Below, piece by piece: positions 45,627 to 57,379 of a stretch of 64,000 nt of DNA. Position 1 is the stretch's first letter, and each line of letters opens with the position of its first letter. The translations under genes and the position numbers were made by a program. The stretch comes from an uncultured delta proteobacterium (GTDB lineage: Bacteria > Myxococcota > Myxococcia > Myxococcales > Myxococcaceae): positions 1 to 64,000 of the forward strand of contig CAVYSY010000021.1 of assembly GCA_963771175.1 (NCBI GenBank), given 5' to 3'. Below the pieces are notes generated by a model, which saw only the letters and a program-made list of their open reading frames with translations, did no database searches and had not been told where the DNA came from.

Positions 45627-48599
45627 TCAGCCCGTGATGCGCAGCCGATCCGCCCCCAGCACCGCCGGAAGCGAGCCGAAGGCCAGCGAGCGCTCGATGA
45701 CGTTGCGCAACTCGCGCACGTTGCCCGGCCAGGAGTGCGCGGTCAGCGCGGCCAGCGCGTCCGGCCCGAGCCGCGGCGGCTCCTGGCCCTCGGGGGTGAG
45801 GTGGCGGACGAAGTGGCGCGCCAGGGCGAGCACGTCCTCGGGCCGCTCGCGCAGCGGAGGCACCCGCACCGGCACCACCTGCAGTCGGTAGTAGAGGTCC
45901 TCGCGGAAGCGGCCCTCGCGCACCAGTTGTCCCAGGTCGCGGTGCGTGGCGGCGATGACGCGCACGTCCACCTGCACGGGCCGCGTCTCGCCCAGGGGGA
46001 AGATTTCACCGTTCTCCAGGAAGCGCAGCAGCTTGGGCTGCACCTCGAGCGGCAGCTCGCCAATCTCGTCGAGGAAGAGCGTGCCCCCGTGGGCGGCGCG
46101 GATGACGCCCGGGTGGTCCGTGGCCGCGCCGGTGTAGGCGCCGCGCCGGTGGCCGAAGAGCTGGCCCTCGAAGAGCTCGCGCGGCACCGCGGCGCAGTTG
46201 AAGGCCACGTAGGGCCTGTCCGCCCGCGAGGACAGCTGGTGGATGGCGCGCGCCACCACCTCCTTGCCGCTGCCGGACTCGCCGGTGACGATGACGGTGG
46301 CGCGCGAGGCGCTCAGCCCCGCAAGCTCCGTCTTCAGCCGCCGCATGGCGGGCGAGGCGGCGATGAAGCCGGGCACCTCCGGCGTGCCCTCGGGCTCGCG
46401 CGTGGGGGAGGGCGCCGCCTGGGCGAAGCCGCGCAGCACGGCCACCTCCAGCGCGAAGCCGGCCAGGCGCGCCAGTGCGGTCATCAGGGCCCGTCCGTCC
46501 GCGGGCAGGGGTCCGGCCACGCCCAGGCGCAGCCGGCGGCCACACCCGTCGCCGAACTCCACCCACTCGCTGGCGGGCACGCCGTCCTGGCCCAGCAGCG
46601 GCGTGGCGTGGCCCTGCGAGTCCAGCTCTTCCAGGCGCGGGGAGCGGCCGGGGAAGAGTCCCTCCAGCACCGCCACCAGCTCGCGCTGGATGAGGGGAGC
46701 GCCCATGCCGCGCACGGCGAGCCGCTCGAAGGGCACCAGCAGCGACTCGGCGCCCAGCCGGGGCGTGGCGTCCGAGGGCACCGTCTCCGGCGCCCGCGCC
46801 TGGAAGTGCTCCGGGCCGGAGTTCGGGGGCGGGGTGATGCCGTGGCGGCGCAGCTCCTCTTCACTCTGGTGGAGCCGCGCCGCGGCGCCGGGCTCGCCCC
46901 AGGCGCGCGCCACCAGGGCGAGCGTGCGGCGGGTGAGGGCGCTCTCCGCGACATCTCCCGCGAGGGTGAAGGTGGCCAGCGAGGCCTCCAGCTTCTCGCG
47001 CGCCTCGTGCGAGCGGCCCTCGCGCGCGAGCAGCACGCCCTTGTGGCGGTGGAGCATCGCGGTGCACCAGGCGGAGGGGAGCTGCTCCATCATGGCGCGG
47101 GCCCGACGCAGCGCCGCGCGGGCCTCGGGGAGTTGGTTGGCCGCGGCGCGCGCTCCTACCTCGGCGATGACGCAGTCGCGCCGCAGGTAGGGCCAGCCGC
47201 CCACTTCCAGGGCGCGGGCGTGGGCGGCGGCGAAGCCCTCCGCGGCCCGTTGCGCGTGGCCCTCGGCCCAGTCCGCCAGCGCCTCCACCCAGCACCCGTA
47301 GACGCGGGTGAGGGGCCGCTGGATGGGGCCGCTGTATTCCGAGAGCCGGGCCGCCAGCCGGCGCAGGTCCGCGTAGCGGCCGGTGAGATACAGGAGGCGG
47401 GCGCGCTGCACCGCGAGGTGCTGGGGCGTCCATTTCAGCTCCTCCACCACCGCGTCTCCCTCGTCCAGCACCGCCTCGGCTTCGGCGAAGCGGGCCAGCC
47501 GCAGCAGGGCATCCGCCTCCGCGCGCACGGCGAAGATGAAGGAGAAGCCCCGGGTCATCCGCCCGCCCCAGGCCGCCTCCCGGGCGCGGCGGATCAGCGC
47601 GAGCGCCTCGTCGGGCTCGCACGCCTCGTCCAGCCGACGCTGCGCGAGGAAGGCGAGGGCGCGCGCCTCGAGGAAGGCATAGCCCATGCGCGCCGCTCCC
47701 TGCGCCACCTCGCGGAAACGTTGCGTGGCCAGCGCGGCCTCGCCGCGGATGGCGGTCTCGTGCGCGATGACGTCCGCGGCCATCAGCCGCAGCGCGGGGT
47801 CCGACACCCCGGCGAGCGACTCCTCCATGTGCCCGGACTGGCGGGCGATGAGCTCGGGGGCAACCAGGTTGAAGGCCGCGGTGGCCTCCGCCACGCGCAG
47901 CATGGCGCCCGCCTCCGCACGCGCGAAGAGGGCGTGGTGCAGCAGCGCCTCGGCGCGCGCCACGTGGACGTTCGCCTTGCCCGCGTCGAAGTGCCGGCCG
48001 TCCGGCGAGGCGAAGAGGTTGGCGGCCATGACATGGACGAACACCTCGGCGGACCCGGGCAGCAGGCCCGCCTCCGCCTCGGCCAGGTGGGGCAGCAGCA
48101 GGGAGAAGGCGCGCCGCACGTCCTCGGAACCCCAGCGGTACACGTAGGCCAGGCTCACCGACGCCAGGGCGCGCGCTCCCACGGAGCGCAGCTCGCCCGA
48201 GCCCAGCAGTGCCATCAGGGCGTCCTCGGCGGCCCGCCACTGCGCCCGCTGCAGGAGCGCCACGCAGGTGGAGAGCTGGGCTCGCTCCTCGCGCGAGAGC
48301 TCCTGGCGGAGCACGTTCTGGCCCAGTCGGGCGGGAGGAGGGGGCAGGAGCGGTTGCCCGCCCTCGGCGAGCTGGCGCAGCGCCTGCATCACCCGGCCTC
48401 TCGGCCGGCGGGCTTGCGGAGCGGCTGGCGGTAGCTCCCAGCGGTATACGGTGAGGGGCGTTACTCCGAGCTGCCGGGCGAAGGCCGCGCGGCTGAGTTC
48501 TCCACGCAGCGCGCGAATCGCCTCGGGTCCGAACCCCTCTGCTCCAGTCGTCGCCACCTGTTCATCCCCTTGCGTCCCCACCACCCGCGCTGCCTTCAT
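45627..48599 (-). CDS. Sigma-54 enhancer-binding protein with N-terminal XRE HTH and helical middle region
   Basis: [59 protein letters not shown]; no C-terminal Fis HTH. Confidence 0.88.
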   Translation of the reverse strand: MKAARVVGTQGDEQVATTGAEGFGPEAIRALRGELSRAAFARQLGVTPLTVYRWELPPAAPQARRPRGRVMQALRQLAEGGQPLLPPPPARLGQNVLRQELSREERAQLSTCVALLQRAQWRAAEDALMALLGSGELRSVGARALASVSLAYVYRWGSEDVRRAFSLLLPHLAEAEAGLLPGSAEVFVHVMAANLFASPDGRHFDAGKANVHVARAEALLHHALFARAEAGAMLRVAEATAAFNLVAPELIARQSGHMEESLAGVSDPALRLMAADVIAHETAIRGEAALATQRFREVAQGAARMGYAFLEARALAFLAQRRLDEACEPDEALALIRRAREAAWGGRMTRGFSFIFAVRAEADALLRLARFAEAEAVLDEGDAVVEELKWTPQHLAVQRARLLYLTGRYADLRRLAARLSEYSGPIQRPLTRVYGCWVEALADWAEGHAQRAAEGFAAAHARALEVGGWPYLRRDCVIAEVGARAAANQLPEARAALRRARAMMEQLPSAWCTAMLHRHKGVLLAREGRSHEAREKLEASLATFTLAGDVAESALTRRTLALVARAWGEPGAAARLHQSEEELRRHGITPPPNSGPEHFQARAPETVPSDATPRLGAESLLVPFERLAVRGMGAPLIQRELVAVLEGLFPGRSPRLEELDSQGHATPLLGQDGVPASEWVEFGDGCGRRLRLGVAGPLPADGRALMTALARLAGFALEVAVLRGFAQAAPSPTREPEGTPEVPGFIAASPAMRRLKTELAGLSASRATVIVTGESGSGKEVVARAIHQLSSRADRPYVAFNCAAVPRELFEGQLFGHRRGAYTGAATDHPGVIRAAHGGTLFLDEIGELPLEVQPKLLRFLENGEIFPLGETRPVQVDVRVIAATHRDLGQLVREGRFREDLYYRLQVVPVRVPPLRERPEDVLALARHFVRHLTPEGQEPPRLGPDALAALTAHSWPGNVRELRNVIERSLAFGSLPAVLGADRLRITG

Positions 48600-48709
48600 C
48601 GATCATTCGGCGCGGAAGGGCAAACTCTGTGGGTCCGCGAACAAGCGGGCGTGGCGCATCCATCCCGCCAGTGCGCGGAGGGGAATGCGAGGAGTGCCCC
48701 CTCGTCTGA

Positions 48710-50123
48710 CTACTCGTTGGCCTGGGCCTGCGCCCTCAGGGGCGTGGTGCTCTGGGCGGACACCAGGCGCACCGTCTTGATGTTGAGGAACTCGAGGATG
48801 CCGTGGCGCGCCAGCTCGCGCCCGTGGCCCGAGGCCTTCACCCCGCCGAAGGGCAGGCGCGGGTCGCTCGCCACCATGCCGTTGACGAACACCGAGCCGG
48901 CCTCCAGCCCGTCGATGAAGAGGCGCTGCTCGGCCTCGTCGCTCGTCCACACCGAGGAGCCCAGCCCATACGGCGAGTCATTGGCGATGCGCAGCGCGTC
49001 CTTCGCGTCCTTCGCGCGGAAGAGGACGGCCACCGGGCCGAACATCTCCTCGGTGTAGGCGGGTGAGCCCGGGGGCGGGTGGGCCAGCACGGTGGGCGGG
49101 TACCAGAAACCGGGCCCGGAGGGCTTGAGGCCTCCCAGCAGCAGCTTCGCTCCCGCGGCCACGCTGCGCTCCACCTGCTCGTGCAGCCCGCCGCGGATGG
49201 CCTCGGTGGCGAGCGGCCCCACCTCCGTCTTCGGGTCCGCGGGGTCTCCCACCACCGCGCGGCGCATGCGCTCGACGAAGCGGCGCTCGAACTCGGCGTA
49301 GATGGGCTCGGTGGCGATGAAGCGCTTGGCGGCGATGCAGGACTGGCCGTTGTTGATGAGGCGGGCCTTCACCGCCGTCTCCACCGCCGCGTCCAGGTCC
49401 GCGCTCGGCAGCACGACGAAGGGGTCGCTCCCGCCCAGCTCCAGCACCACCTTCTTGAGCTGCTGGCCCGAGCGCTGCGCCACGTCGCGGCCCGCGCCCT
49501 CGCTGCCGGTAATCGTCACCGCGCGAATCGCGCGGGTCCTCGATGAGCCGGCGCGCCCCCTGCACGTCCACCAGCAGCGTCTGGAAGGCGCCCGGGGGGA
49601 AGCCCGCGCGCAGGAAGAGCTCCTCGAGCGCCAGCGCGCACTGGGGCACGTTGTGCGCGTGCTTGAGCAGCCCCACGTTGCCCGCCATCAGCGCCGGGGC
49701 GGCGAAGCGCACCACCTGCCAGAAGGGGAAGTTCCACGGCATGATGGCCAGCACCGGCCCGAGCGGCTGGTAGCGCACGAAGCTCGTGTCCGGCGCGGTG
49801 TCCACCGGCTCGTCCGCCAGGAAACGCTCGGCGTGCTCCGCGTAGTAGTGGCAGGCCGTGGCGCACTTGCGGGCCTCGGCGCGCGCGGCCTCCAGCGGCT
49901 TGCCCATCTCCTCCATCATCATCCGCCCGTAGCGGTCCGCCTCGGCCTCCAGCAGCTCCCCCGCCCGGCGCATCCACCCGGCGCGCTCGGCGAAGGAGGT
50001 GTGGCGGAACGTGCGGAACGTCTCCTCGGCCCGCCGCAGCTTCGTCTCCACCTCGTCCTGCGAGTGGGCGTCGAAGGTGCGCAGCGTCCGGCCAGTGGTG
50101 GGGTCGATGGTGGCGAAGGCCAT
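48710..50123 (-). CDS. NAD(P)-dependent succinate-semialdehyde dehydrogenase family (frameshift near 49525)
   Basis: [47 protein letters not shown]. Confidence 0.88.
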
Positions 50124-50553
50124 GGGCTTCCTCCCGGGCGCGGAGTGTGGGCCCGGCTTCTGGAGGCCACAAGCCGAGGGTATCGCCGCCGTTCACACCC
50201 GCACGGCTCCCCACGACAGGAGGGTCATGGTTGACGGAGGTGTCAGGGCACACTCCTCTCACGGAGAGAGCATGTCTGTCTTACTTAAGGAGAATTACAC
50301 GGTTTCTGATTCATTCTTGAAGCATGGGTTTCACTTTCGATGCAACTCGTCCGCTCCCTTTGAAAATCAGGCTTTCCTTTGTTCACTGTCAACGGCATGT
50401 TTCAGCCCTGACGGCATGTCCCAGGGGGCATTCCAATCCTTTCGCGGGCTTGGAGAGTTGGACCAGTTCCTGCTTTCGACCCGCGCCTATTGGGCCGGTG
50501 AAGCGGCAGAAACGTTGCTTCTCTGGTCCAGAAGAACCCTTCGCGAGGAACCC

Positions 50554-51975
50554 ATGCGCTTCCAACTCCGCCACATCGTCCCACTCGCCCTGCTTTGGAT
50601 GGGATGCGGTGCAGAGACTCCCGTCTCCGAGGCGCTGCCCTCCGAGGTCGAGGAGCTGGTCCAGGAGCAGTCGATGCTCCAGGTGTCCGACAACCCGAGC
50701 TTCCTCGGGGGCATGGCGGAGGCCCGCCTCGTGAGCGGCTTCGAGCGCGAGCGGGTGGTCGACGACATCTACCACTACAGCGCGAAGCTCCAGGTGGGCC
50801 CCAACCCCGCGCATGACGTCATCACCGTGCACCGCGTGGTGCGCGAGCGGCTTCCCGGGCATCCGGCGGCCAGCCCCGAGTCCGTGTTCATGCTGCACGG
50901 GGACGGGTGGAACTTCACCGGCGCGTTCATGGCGAGCACGCAGACGCAGGCGGTGCCGACGGACCACTCCATCGCCATCTACCTGGCGCGGCGGGGCGTG
51001 GACGTGTGGGGCGTGGACCTGCGGTGGACCCACGTGCCGCTCGAGGAGCAGGACTTCTCCTTCATGGCGGGTTGGAACATGGGCATGCACGTGCGCGACG
51101 TGGGCACGGGTCTGGCCGTGGCGCGCAAGGTGCGCGCGCTGACGGGGAGCGGCAACGGCCGGATGGACCTGCTGGGCTGGAGCCGCGGCGGCATGCTCGG
51201 CTACGCCTACCTGAACGCGGAGACGCGGCTTCCCCTGAACGTGCGCCACGTGAAGGGCTTCATCCCGGTGGACGCGGTGCTGCACTTCGGGCCCCAGGCC
51301 GCGCAGCAGCGCCAGTGGGCCTGCGCGCGTGCGGCGCTGGCCGAGGCGGGGCTGACGGCGGGGCAGCTCGAGGGGGGCCTGCTCGGGCCGGGCGCCGGCG
51401 TGGGCGTGCTGTCGCTGGGCCAGGCGGCCATCTCCCTGCCGGACGAGGTCGCCCTGCCGCCGATGCCGCCGCTGCCCTACCGGCAGCTCGCCGTCGTCCT
51501 CGGGGCGGCCACCTTCCAGTTCATCTCCAACCCGACGCTCGGCGTCGAGCCGACGGTGCCCTTCTACCACTTCACCTCCGGCGAGTTCGGCGGGGGGTCG
51601 CTGCTGCCTTCGGGGCTGCGGTACGTGAAGGAGCGGCAGTTCTTCGACCTGCTCGCCTCGGCGCGCCCCTACCAGAGCTTCGAGGAGGTGGTGGAGGGCG
51701 AGCAGCTCCTGTGCGGCCAGAAGGACCTGCCGTATGACGACCACCTGGCCGAGGTGAAGGTGCCGGTGCTGTACGTGGGGGCCGCGGGCGGCTTCGGCGA
51801 GTACGGTGTGCACTCGACGACGCTGCTGGGCAGCCGGGATGTGAGCATTCACCTGGTGCGGCGGCAGTCGTCCGAGGCGCGCGTCGCCGACTACGGCCAC
51901 GCGGACCTCTTCCTGGCCAGCGACGCGGACAAGGCCGTCTGGGCTCCCATCCTCGCGTGGATGAAGCGTCACTGA
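50554..51975 (+). CDS. Alpha/beta hydrolase lipoprotein
   Basis: WMGC lipobox, MLHG, VWGVDLR, GWSRGG, DYGHADL. Confidence 0.75.
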   Translation: MRFQLRHIVPLALLWMGCGAETPVSEALPSEVEELVQEQSMLQVSDNPSFLGGMAEARLVSGFERERVVDDIYHYSAKLQVGPNPAHDVITVHRVVRERLPGHPAASPESVFMLHGDGWNFTGAFMASTQTQAVPTDHSIAIYLARRGVDVWGVDLRWTHVPLEEQDFSFMAGWNMGMHVRDVGTGLAVARKVRALTGSGNGRMDLLGWSRGGMLGYAYLNAETRLPLNVRHVKGFIPVDAVLHFGPQAAQQRQWACARAALAEAGLTAGQLEGGLLGPGAGVGVLSLGQAAISLPDEVALPPMPPLPYRQLAVVLGAATFQFISNPTLGVEPTVPFYHFTSGEFGGGSLLPSGLRYVKERQFFDLLASARPYQSFEEVVEGEQLLCGQKDLPYDDHLAEVKVPVLYVGAAGGFGEYGVHSTTLLGSRDVSIHLVRRQSSEARVADYGHADLFLASDADKAVWAPILAWMKRH

Positions 51976-52002
51976 GCGAGGGGGCGTTGCCGTCGCCCTC
52001 CC

Positions 52003-52040
52003 ACCGGGCCTCGCGGAGACGCGGGGCCCGGTTCTTTTTT
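52003..52040 (+). terminator. Rho-independent terminator
   Basis: ACCGGGCCTCGCG-GAGA-CGCGGGGCCCGGT then TCTTTTTT. Confidence 0.85.
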
Positions 52041-52131
52041 GGCGCCTCCCCGGGCGGGGAGGTTCCGGTCCCTTCCCGACTCCTTAGATTGGGAGCCTGT
52101 GCTCTGGGATCTTCCCGGAAGGAGGGCCGCC

Positions 52132-52830
52132 GTGGTCGACAACATCTGGACCGAGTTCGCCAGGAGCTATGACGCCATCTGCTCCCAGCTCAATTGCTAC
52201 CGGCGCATGGTGGCGAAGGTTCACCGGGACACCGAGGGACGCCGGTACGTCATCGACGCCGGATGTGGCACGGGGCTGGTGAGTCAGCCGCTCGTCGAGC
52301 GCGGGCACACGGTGGTGGGCTTCGACAACAACCCGGCGATGCTCGGGCTGGCCCGGCGCAGGCACGAGGAGGCGCCCGAGGAGGCGCGTCGGCGCTGGAA
52401 GGTGTTGGAGGGGGACGTGCGCTCCTTCCCCGCGGAGGTGCCGGGCGAGGCGGACGCGGTGCTGCTCAACAACGTCCTCTTCTACGTGCGCGAGCCGGAG
52501 GAGGTGCTGCGCGAGGCCCACGCGCACCTCAAGCCGGGCGGCGTGCTCATCGCCACCGGCCCCCGCCAGCGGCCGGACCTGCGCAAGGTGATGGTGCGCT
52601 CCATCGAGGAGTGGACGGCCGAGGGCCGCTGGGACGCGGCGCTGCAAGCCGCCACCACCTACCACGTGGACTTGACGCGCCGGCTGGTGATGGACCCCAA
52701 CGAGATGGTGACCTTCTTCGAGCCGGACGTGCTCGTGGACACGCTGCGGCGGGTGGGCTTCTCGCACGCACTCGCGGCCGACAGCGACGACTACTACGGC
52801 GAGAACTACTACGTCTGCATGGCGCGGTAG
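52132..52830 (+). CDS. Class I SAM-dependent methyltransferase
   Basis: IDAGCGTG, VVGFD, LKPGGVL. Confidence 0.85.
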   Translation: MVDNIWTEFARSYDAICSQLNCYRRMVAKVHRDTEGRRYVIDAGCGTGLVSQPLVERGHTVVGFDNNPAMLGLARRRHEEAPEEARRRWKVLEGDVRSFPAEVPGEADAVLLNNVLFYVREPEEVLREAHAHLKPGGVLIATGPRQRPDLRKVMVRSIEEWTAEGRWDAALQAATTYHVDLTRRLVMDPNEMVTFFEPDVLVDTLRRVGFSHALAADSDDYYGENYYVCMAR

Positions 52831-52863
52831 TGCCCCGCCCCCCGCGCCCGGGGCCGCGCCTCG

Positions 52864-53337
52864 TTAGAGGACGAGCCCCAGGGCCCGGGCGTCGTGGATG
52901 ATTTTCAGCCCGTCCACCTTCAGCCGGTGGGTGAGGAAGGGGGCGATGGTGTCCCCGTGCTTGTGCAGGCGCGCGTAGTTGTTGTCGTAGATGCGCGTCA
53001 CGATGAGCTGGGCGGAGGCGATGATGCGCTGCAGGTTGTGCTGCAGCTCGTTGCCCTCCATGACCAGGTGGAGCTCGCAGATGTACTTGCGGTGGTCCTC
53101 CAGCATCTTGAAGAGGGCCTTGCGCTGCTCGCCGTTGGGCACCCGCGCCTTGGGGGCGGTGGTGACGACGCAGACGAGCTGCTGCCGGTAGGCCTCGTAG
53201 GAGTCCCGGAAGCGCATGGTGACCGTCTGGAGCTCCAGGGCGTTGGGCGGCTGCTCCCAGCGGATGAAGAAGACCTTGTTGATGAGACCCGTCTTGAAGT
53301 TCGGGGCGGACGCGAGATTCGGGGCGGTAGCGAACAT
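52864..53337 (-). CDS. Hypothetical protein, possibly STAS/SEC14-like
   Basis: GC3-biased ORF with non-shadow amino-acid composition starting MFATAPN. Confidence 0.55.
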   Translation of the reverse strand: MFATAPNLASAPNFKTGLINKVFFIRWEQPPNALELQTVTMRFRDSYEAYRQQLVCVVTTAPKARVPNGEQRKALFKMLEDHRKYICELHLVMEGNELQHNLQRIIASAQLIVTRIYDNNYARLHKHGDTIAPFLTHRLKVDGLKIIHDARALGLVL

Positions 53338-53577
53338 GGGGACCGTCACTCCCAAAGCGGGCCGAGGGGTGGGGGCTCGGACAAGGATGGTGCCTGAAAT
53401 CTGGTGACGGGGTTCGGCCCGCCCAAGTCCCACCGCGAGTCGTCTGCACGGGAGCGTACAAATGCGTGGCCAGAGCGTCGGGGATTGCACGCATGGGCGG
53501 GCTCCAGGGGCCACGGCAGCCGACATCCCGGCCTGGAGTGGGCTCCCCGATGACGGGGGAACGGTTAGTGTGGGCGG

Positions 53578-54321
53578 ATGCGACTCGCCGAGCTGCGGGA
53601 GCGCGTCCCCAAGGTGATGATGGGGGCGGACGGCATCGGCCTGCTGGCCACGCTGCTGACCCTGCTGACGGTGGGGCTGGGCTTCATCGCGCTGTCGGAC
53701 GAGGTGCGGGAGAAGGACACCCAGCACCTCGACGAGCGCGTGCTGCTGTCGCTGCGTCGAGCGGGCAACCCGGAGGTGCCGATCGGCCCCCATTGGCTGG
53801 CCGAGGTCGCCCGGGACGTGACGGCGCTGGGCAGTGTGTCGGTGCTGACACTGGTGGTGTGCGCGGTGAGCGGCTTCCTCGTGCTGGTGCGGCGCTGGCG
53901 GACGCTGGCCCTGGTGGTGGGCTCCACGTTGGGCGGGGCGCTGGTGAACGCGCTGCTCAAGAGCCTGTTCGCCCGGCCGAGGCCCACGGTGGTGCCGCAC
54001 CTCACCGGAGTGCTGATGGAGAGCTTCCCCAGCGGGCACGCGATGCTGTCGGCCATCGTCTACCTGACGCTGGGCGCGCTGCTGGCGCAGCTCACCGAGC
54101 GGCGGTGGCTCAAGGCGTACCTGGTGGGCGTGGCGCTGCTGCTCACGCTGTTCATCGGGCTGACGCGCGTGTACCTCGGTGTGCACTACCCGACGGACGT
54201 GCTGGGCGGGTGGATGGCGGGGCTGGCATGGGCGCTGCTGACGGCGCTGGTGGCGCGCGCGGCCAAGCGGCGCAGCCCCGCACTGCGCGAGGAATCGCGG
54301 GGAGAGACGGCTCCGTCATGA
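53578..54321 (+). CDS. PAP2 family phosphatase
   Basis: KSLFARPRP, SFPSGHA, TRVYLGVHYPTDV. Confidence 0.9.
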   Translation: MRLAELRERVPKVMMGADGIGLLATLLTLLTVGLGFIALSDEVREKDTQHLDERVLLSLRRAGNPEVPIGPHWLAEVARDVTALGSVSVLTLVVCAVSGFLVLVRRWRTLALVVGSTLGGALVNALLKSLFARPRPTVVPHLTGVLMESFPSGHAMLSAIVYLTLGALLAQLTERRWLKAYLVGVALLLTLFIGLTRVYLGVHYPTDVLGGWMAGLAWALLTALVARAAKRRSPALREESRGETAPS

Positions 54322-56095
54322 GCGCGTGGGTGGATTCCAGGGGGCTGGTGGGCCGGTGGCGCGACTGGTGGGCGCACCTGCGTCCCGCGCTGCCCGTCTT
54401 CTACGACGAGGCGTATCGCCCGCCGCTCACGGCGCTCGAGTCCTCCGTGAGCGTGGAGCCGCGGGGCATGGACTTCACCGCCTGGTACCTGCTGGAGACA
54501 GGCGTCCTCCGCCCCGAGCACTTCCACCGTCCGCGGCCCGTCTCCTACGCGGAGCTCTCGCGGGTGCATGGCGCCGCGTACCTGGAGTCGCTCGGGCGGC
54601 CGGAGACGCTGGCGCGCATCTTCGGGGTGGACCCGTCGGACGTGCCGGTGGATGCGCTCCTCCACACGCAGCGGCTCATCTGCGGCGGCACTCTGGGCGC
54701 GGCGCGGCTGGCCCTGGCGCGGCGAGGCCCCGCGGCGCAACCTCGGGGGAGGCCTGCACCACGCCATGCCCGACAAGGGTGGGGGCTTCTGCGTCTTCAA
54801 TGACATCGCCGTGGCCGTGGCGGCCCTGCGCGCCGAGGGCTTCTCGGGATGGGTGGGGGTGGTGGACCTGGACGCCCACCCACCGGATGGCACCGCCGCG
54901 TGTCTGGCGGGAGATGCGCGCGCCTGGGTGGGCTCCCTGTCCGGCAGTGACTGGGGGCTCGTGCCGGGTGTGGACGAGGTGCTGCTGCCACCGGGCTGCG
55001 ATGACGCCACCTACCTGCGCCTGCTGCACGGGTTGCTCGCCCGCATGCCGAGGGTGGACCTGGCCTTCGTCCTCGCGGGCGGGGACGTGCTGAAGGGGGA
55101 CAAGCTCGGCCGCGTGGGCCTCACGCTGGACGGAGCGCGGCGCCGGGATGGGAGCGGTGGCCTCGGCCCTCCGGGGCACCGCCAGCGTGTGGCTGCCCGG
55201 CGGTGGCTACCACTCCGAGTCCTGGAAGGTGTTCGCCGGCTCGGTGCTGGTGCTCACTGGCCGGGAGCGGCGGCGCATCACCGCGCGGTTCGATCCGCTC
55301 AGCGCGCGCTATGCCCATGTCGCCCGGCGGCTCGTGCGGGAGGAGGCGGCCCACGCGGAGGAGCTGTTCACCCTCACCCAGGAGGACCTCGAGGGCTCCC
55401 TGGGCCGGCAGTCGTCCCTTCGCGCGCCGCGCCTGCTGGGGCACTACACCGCGCAGTCCCTCGAGTACAGGCTCCACCGCTACGGGCTGCTGCCGTACCT
55501 GGAGCGGCTCGGCTATGGCGACCTGACCGTGGAGCTGGGGTCCACGGGGACGGGAGACCGGATGAAGCTGCTGGGACAAGCGGACGGCCAGCGGCACCTG
55601 CTGGTGGACCTCGTCGTCGAGCGCCAGCACATGGGAGGAGAGGACTTCCTCTTCGTGAACTGGCTCACCCTGCGCCACCCGCGCGCGCGCTTCAGCGAGC
55701 TGCGCCCGCGACTGCCGGGACAGGAGGTGCCGGGCCTGGGGCTGGCGCGCGAGATGGCCGAGCTGCTGGACAGGGCGGCCGAGCACCTGGGGTTGGCCGG
55801 AGTGGCCTTCCGCCCCATGTGGTACCACCTGGCCGTGGTGGCCAGCTCCCGCTACCGCTTCCTGGACCCGGAGAGACAGGGGCGCTTCGAGGCGCTGCGG
55901 GCGGCGCTGGCGCACCTGACCCTGCTGGAGGCCACGCGCGCGGTGGCCGAGGGACACGTGTGGCTCGACGGAGCGCCCTACGCGTGGGAGCCGGACCTCA
56001 TGGTCTCCCGGGTGACTCCCGGCCCCGAGGACGCGGCCCGGGTGGCCGCCGAGCGCGAGCGCCACCGCTTCACCGTGGCACCCGCCGCGAGCTGA
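54318..56095 (+). CDS. Histone-deacetylase family protein with C-terminal extension (frameshifts)
   Basis: RVHGAAYL, GGGLHHA, GFCVFND, DLDAHPPDGT, AGGDVL, PGGGY; ATGA overlap with PAP2. Confidence 0.8.
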
Positions 56096-56113
56096 GCCCG
56101 CGGGTCGGGTGAC

Positions 56114-57379
56114 TCACGACGCGGAGAAGAGGGGCCCGTGGGGGAGGGAAGGGAGCCGCATGCAGAAGGCCACGCCCTTGGGGTGGTTGTCCTCCACCCA
56201 GAGCCACCCGCCATGGGCCTGCACGGCGCGGCGGCAGAAGGCGAGCGCCAGCCGGTTGCCGCCCTCGGCGCGGCCGGTGGTGGGGGCGTGCTCGGGCAGG
56301 TGGGCGTCGAAGAGGTGCGCGCGCGCGGCGGGGGGGATGGCGGGGCCCTCGTCGCGCACCCGCAGCTCCAGCAGCCCCGGCTCGGGGTTGGAGGCCTCGA
56401 GCGTCACGCGGCTGCTGCCCAGCGCGGTGTACTGGAAGGAGTTGTCGAGCAGGTTGATGAGGGTGCGGCGCAGCAGCTCGCGGTCTCCGGTGAGGAGCGG
56501 CTCCACCAGCTTCATGTTCTGGGTGAAGCGGCGCGGGGAGCCCACCAGCCGCTGCTGGAAGTCGCGCACCACCTCGGAGAGCAGCAGCGAGACGTCGAAC
56601 TGCGCCGGCTTGAAGGAGAACGAGGCCTCGTCGCTGTTCGCGTCCAGCAGGTTGTGGACCGTGCGCTGGAGGCCGTCCGCCGCGTCGCGGATGTCACGGG
56701 TGGCACGCAGCACCTCGTCCGGCAGGTGCGGGCCGTACAGCGTGAAGGCGGCGTTGGTGAGGATGCTGGACAGGGGCGCCTTGAAGTCGCGCATCACCCG
56801 CTGCATCAGGTGGTCCTTCTGGCGCTGCACGCTGGCCAGCGTGTCGCGCTGCGAGCGCAGCTCCGCCTCGCGCCGCTCCAGCTCGCGCACCCGCAGCCGC
56901 AGCAGGAGCTGGGCCTCCACCTGCTTTCCGAGCACGACCAGCGCCTCCTGCTGCTGTGGCGTGAGGTGGCGCGGTTGGTGGTCGATGACGCACAGGGTGC
57001 CCATGTTGAGCCCGCTCGCGCCCTTGATGGGGATGCCGGCGTAGAAGCGCACGTGCGGCCCGCCGGTGACGAGCGGGTTGTCATGGAAGCGCTCGTCGTC
57101 GTGGGAGTCCTCCACCACGAAGAGCTCCTCGCCGAGGATGGCATGAGCGCAGAAGGCGAAGTCGCGCGGTGTCTCCGGCGCCTCCAACCCGATGCGGGAC
57201 TTGAACCACTGCCGGTAGTGGTCCACCAGGGAGACCAGGGCGATGGGCGTCCCACACAGCTGAGAGGCCAGGCGCGTCAGGTCGTCGAAGCCGGCCTCTG
57301 GCGTCGTATCGAGAATCTCGAGGGTGTCGAGCGCCTCGAGGCGGGCGTCCTCCTGCGGATGGAGCGGTGCGGCCTTCAT
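56114..57379 (-). CDS. GAF-domain sensor histidine kinase, degenerate
   Basis: GAF motifs RQWFKS, FCAHAI, VRFYAG; H box reads MRDFKAPL; NLLDNS, DEGPAIP. Confidence 0.8.
   Translation of the reverse strand: MKAAPLHPQEDARLEALDTLEILDTTPEAGFDDLTRLASQLCGTPIALVSLVDHYRQWFKSRIGLEAPETPRDFAFCAHAILGEELFVVEDSHDDERFHDNPLVTGGPHVRFYAGIPIKGASGLNMGTLCVIDHQPRHLTPQQQEALVVLGKQVEAQLLLRLRVRELERREAELRSQRDTLASVQRQKDHLMQRVMRDFKAPLSSILTNAAFTLYGPHLPDEVLRATRDIRDAADGLQRTVHNLLDANSDEASFSFKPAQFDVSLLLSEVVRDFQQRLVGSPRRFTQNMKLVEPLLTGDRELLRRTLINLLDNSFQYTALGSSRVTLEASNPEPGLLELRVRDEGPAIPPAARAHLFDAHLPEHAPTTGRAEGGNRLALAFCRRAVQAHGGWLWVEDNHPKGVAFCMRLPSLPHGPLFSAS

Noticed and set aside
45600..48434. Long antisense ORFs here and elsewhere
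   Set aside because: Expected shadows in high-GC DNA; Arg/Gly/Ala-rich with no motifs
50270..50470. AT-rich stretch with ACGGCATGT twice, as a riboswitch or N-terminal extension
   Set aside because: No recognisable aptamer; best read as a divergent promoter region
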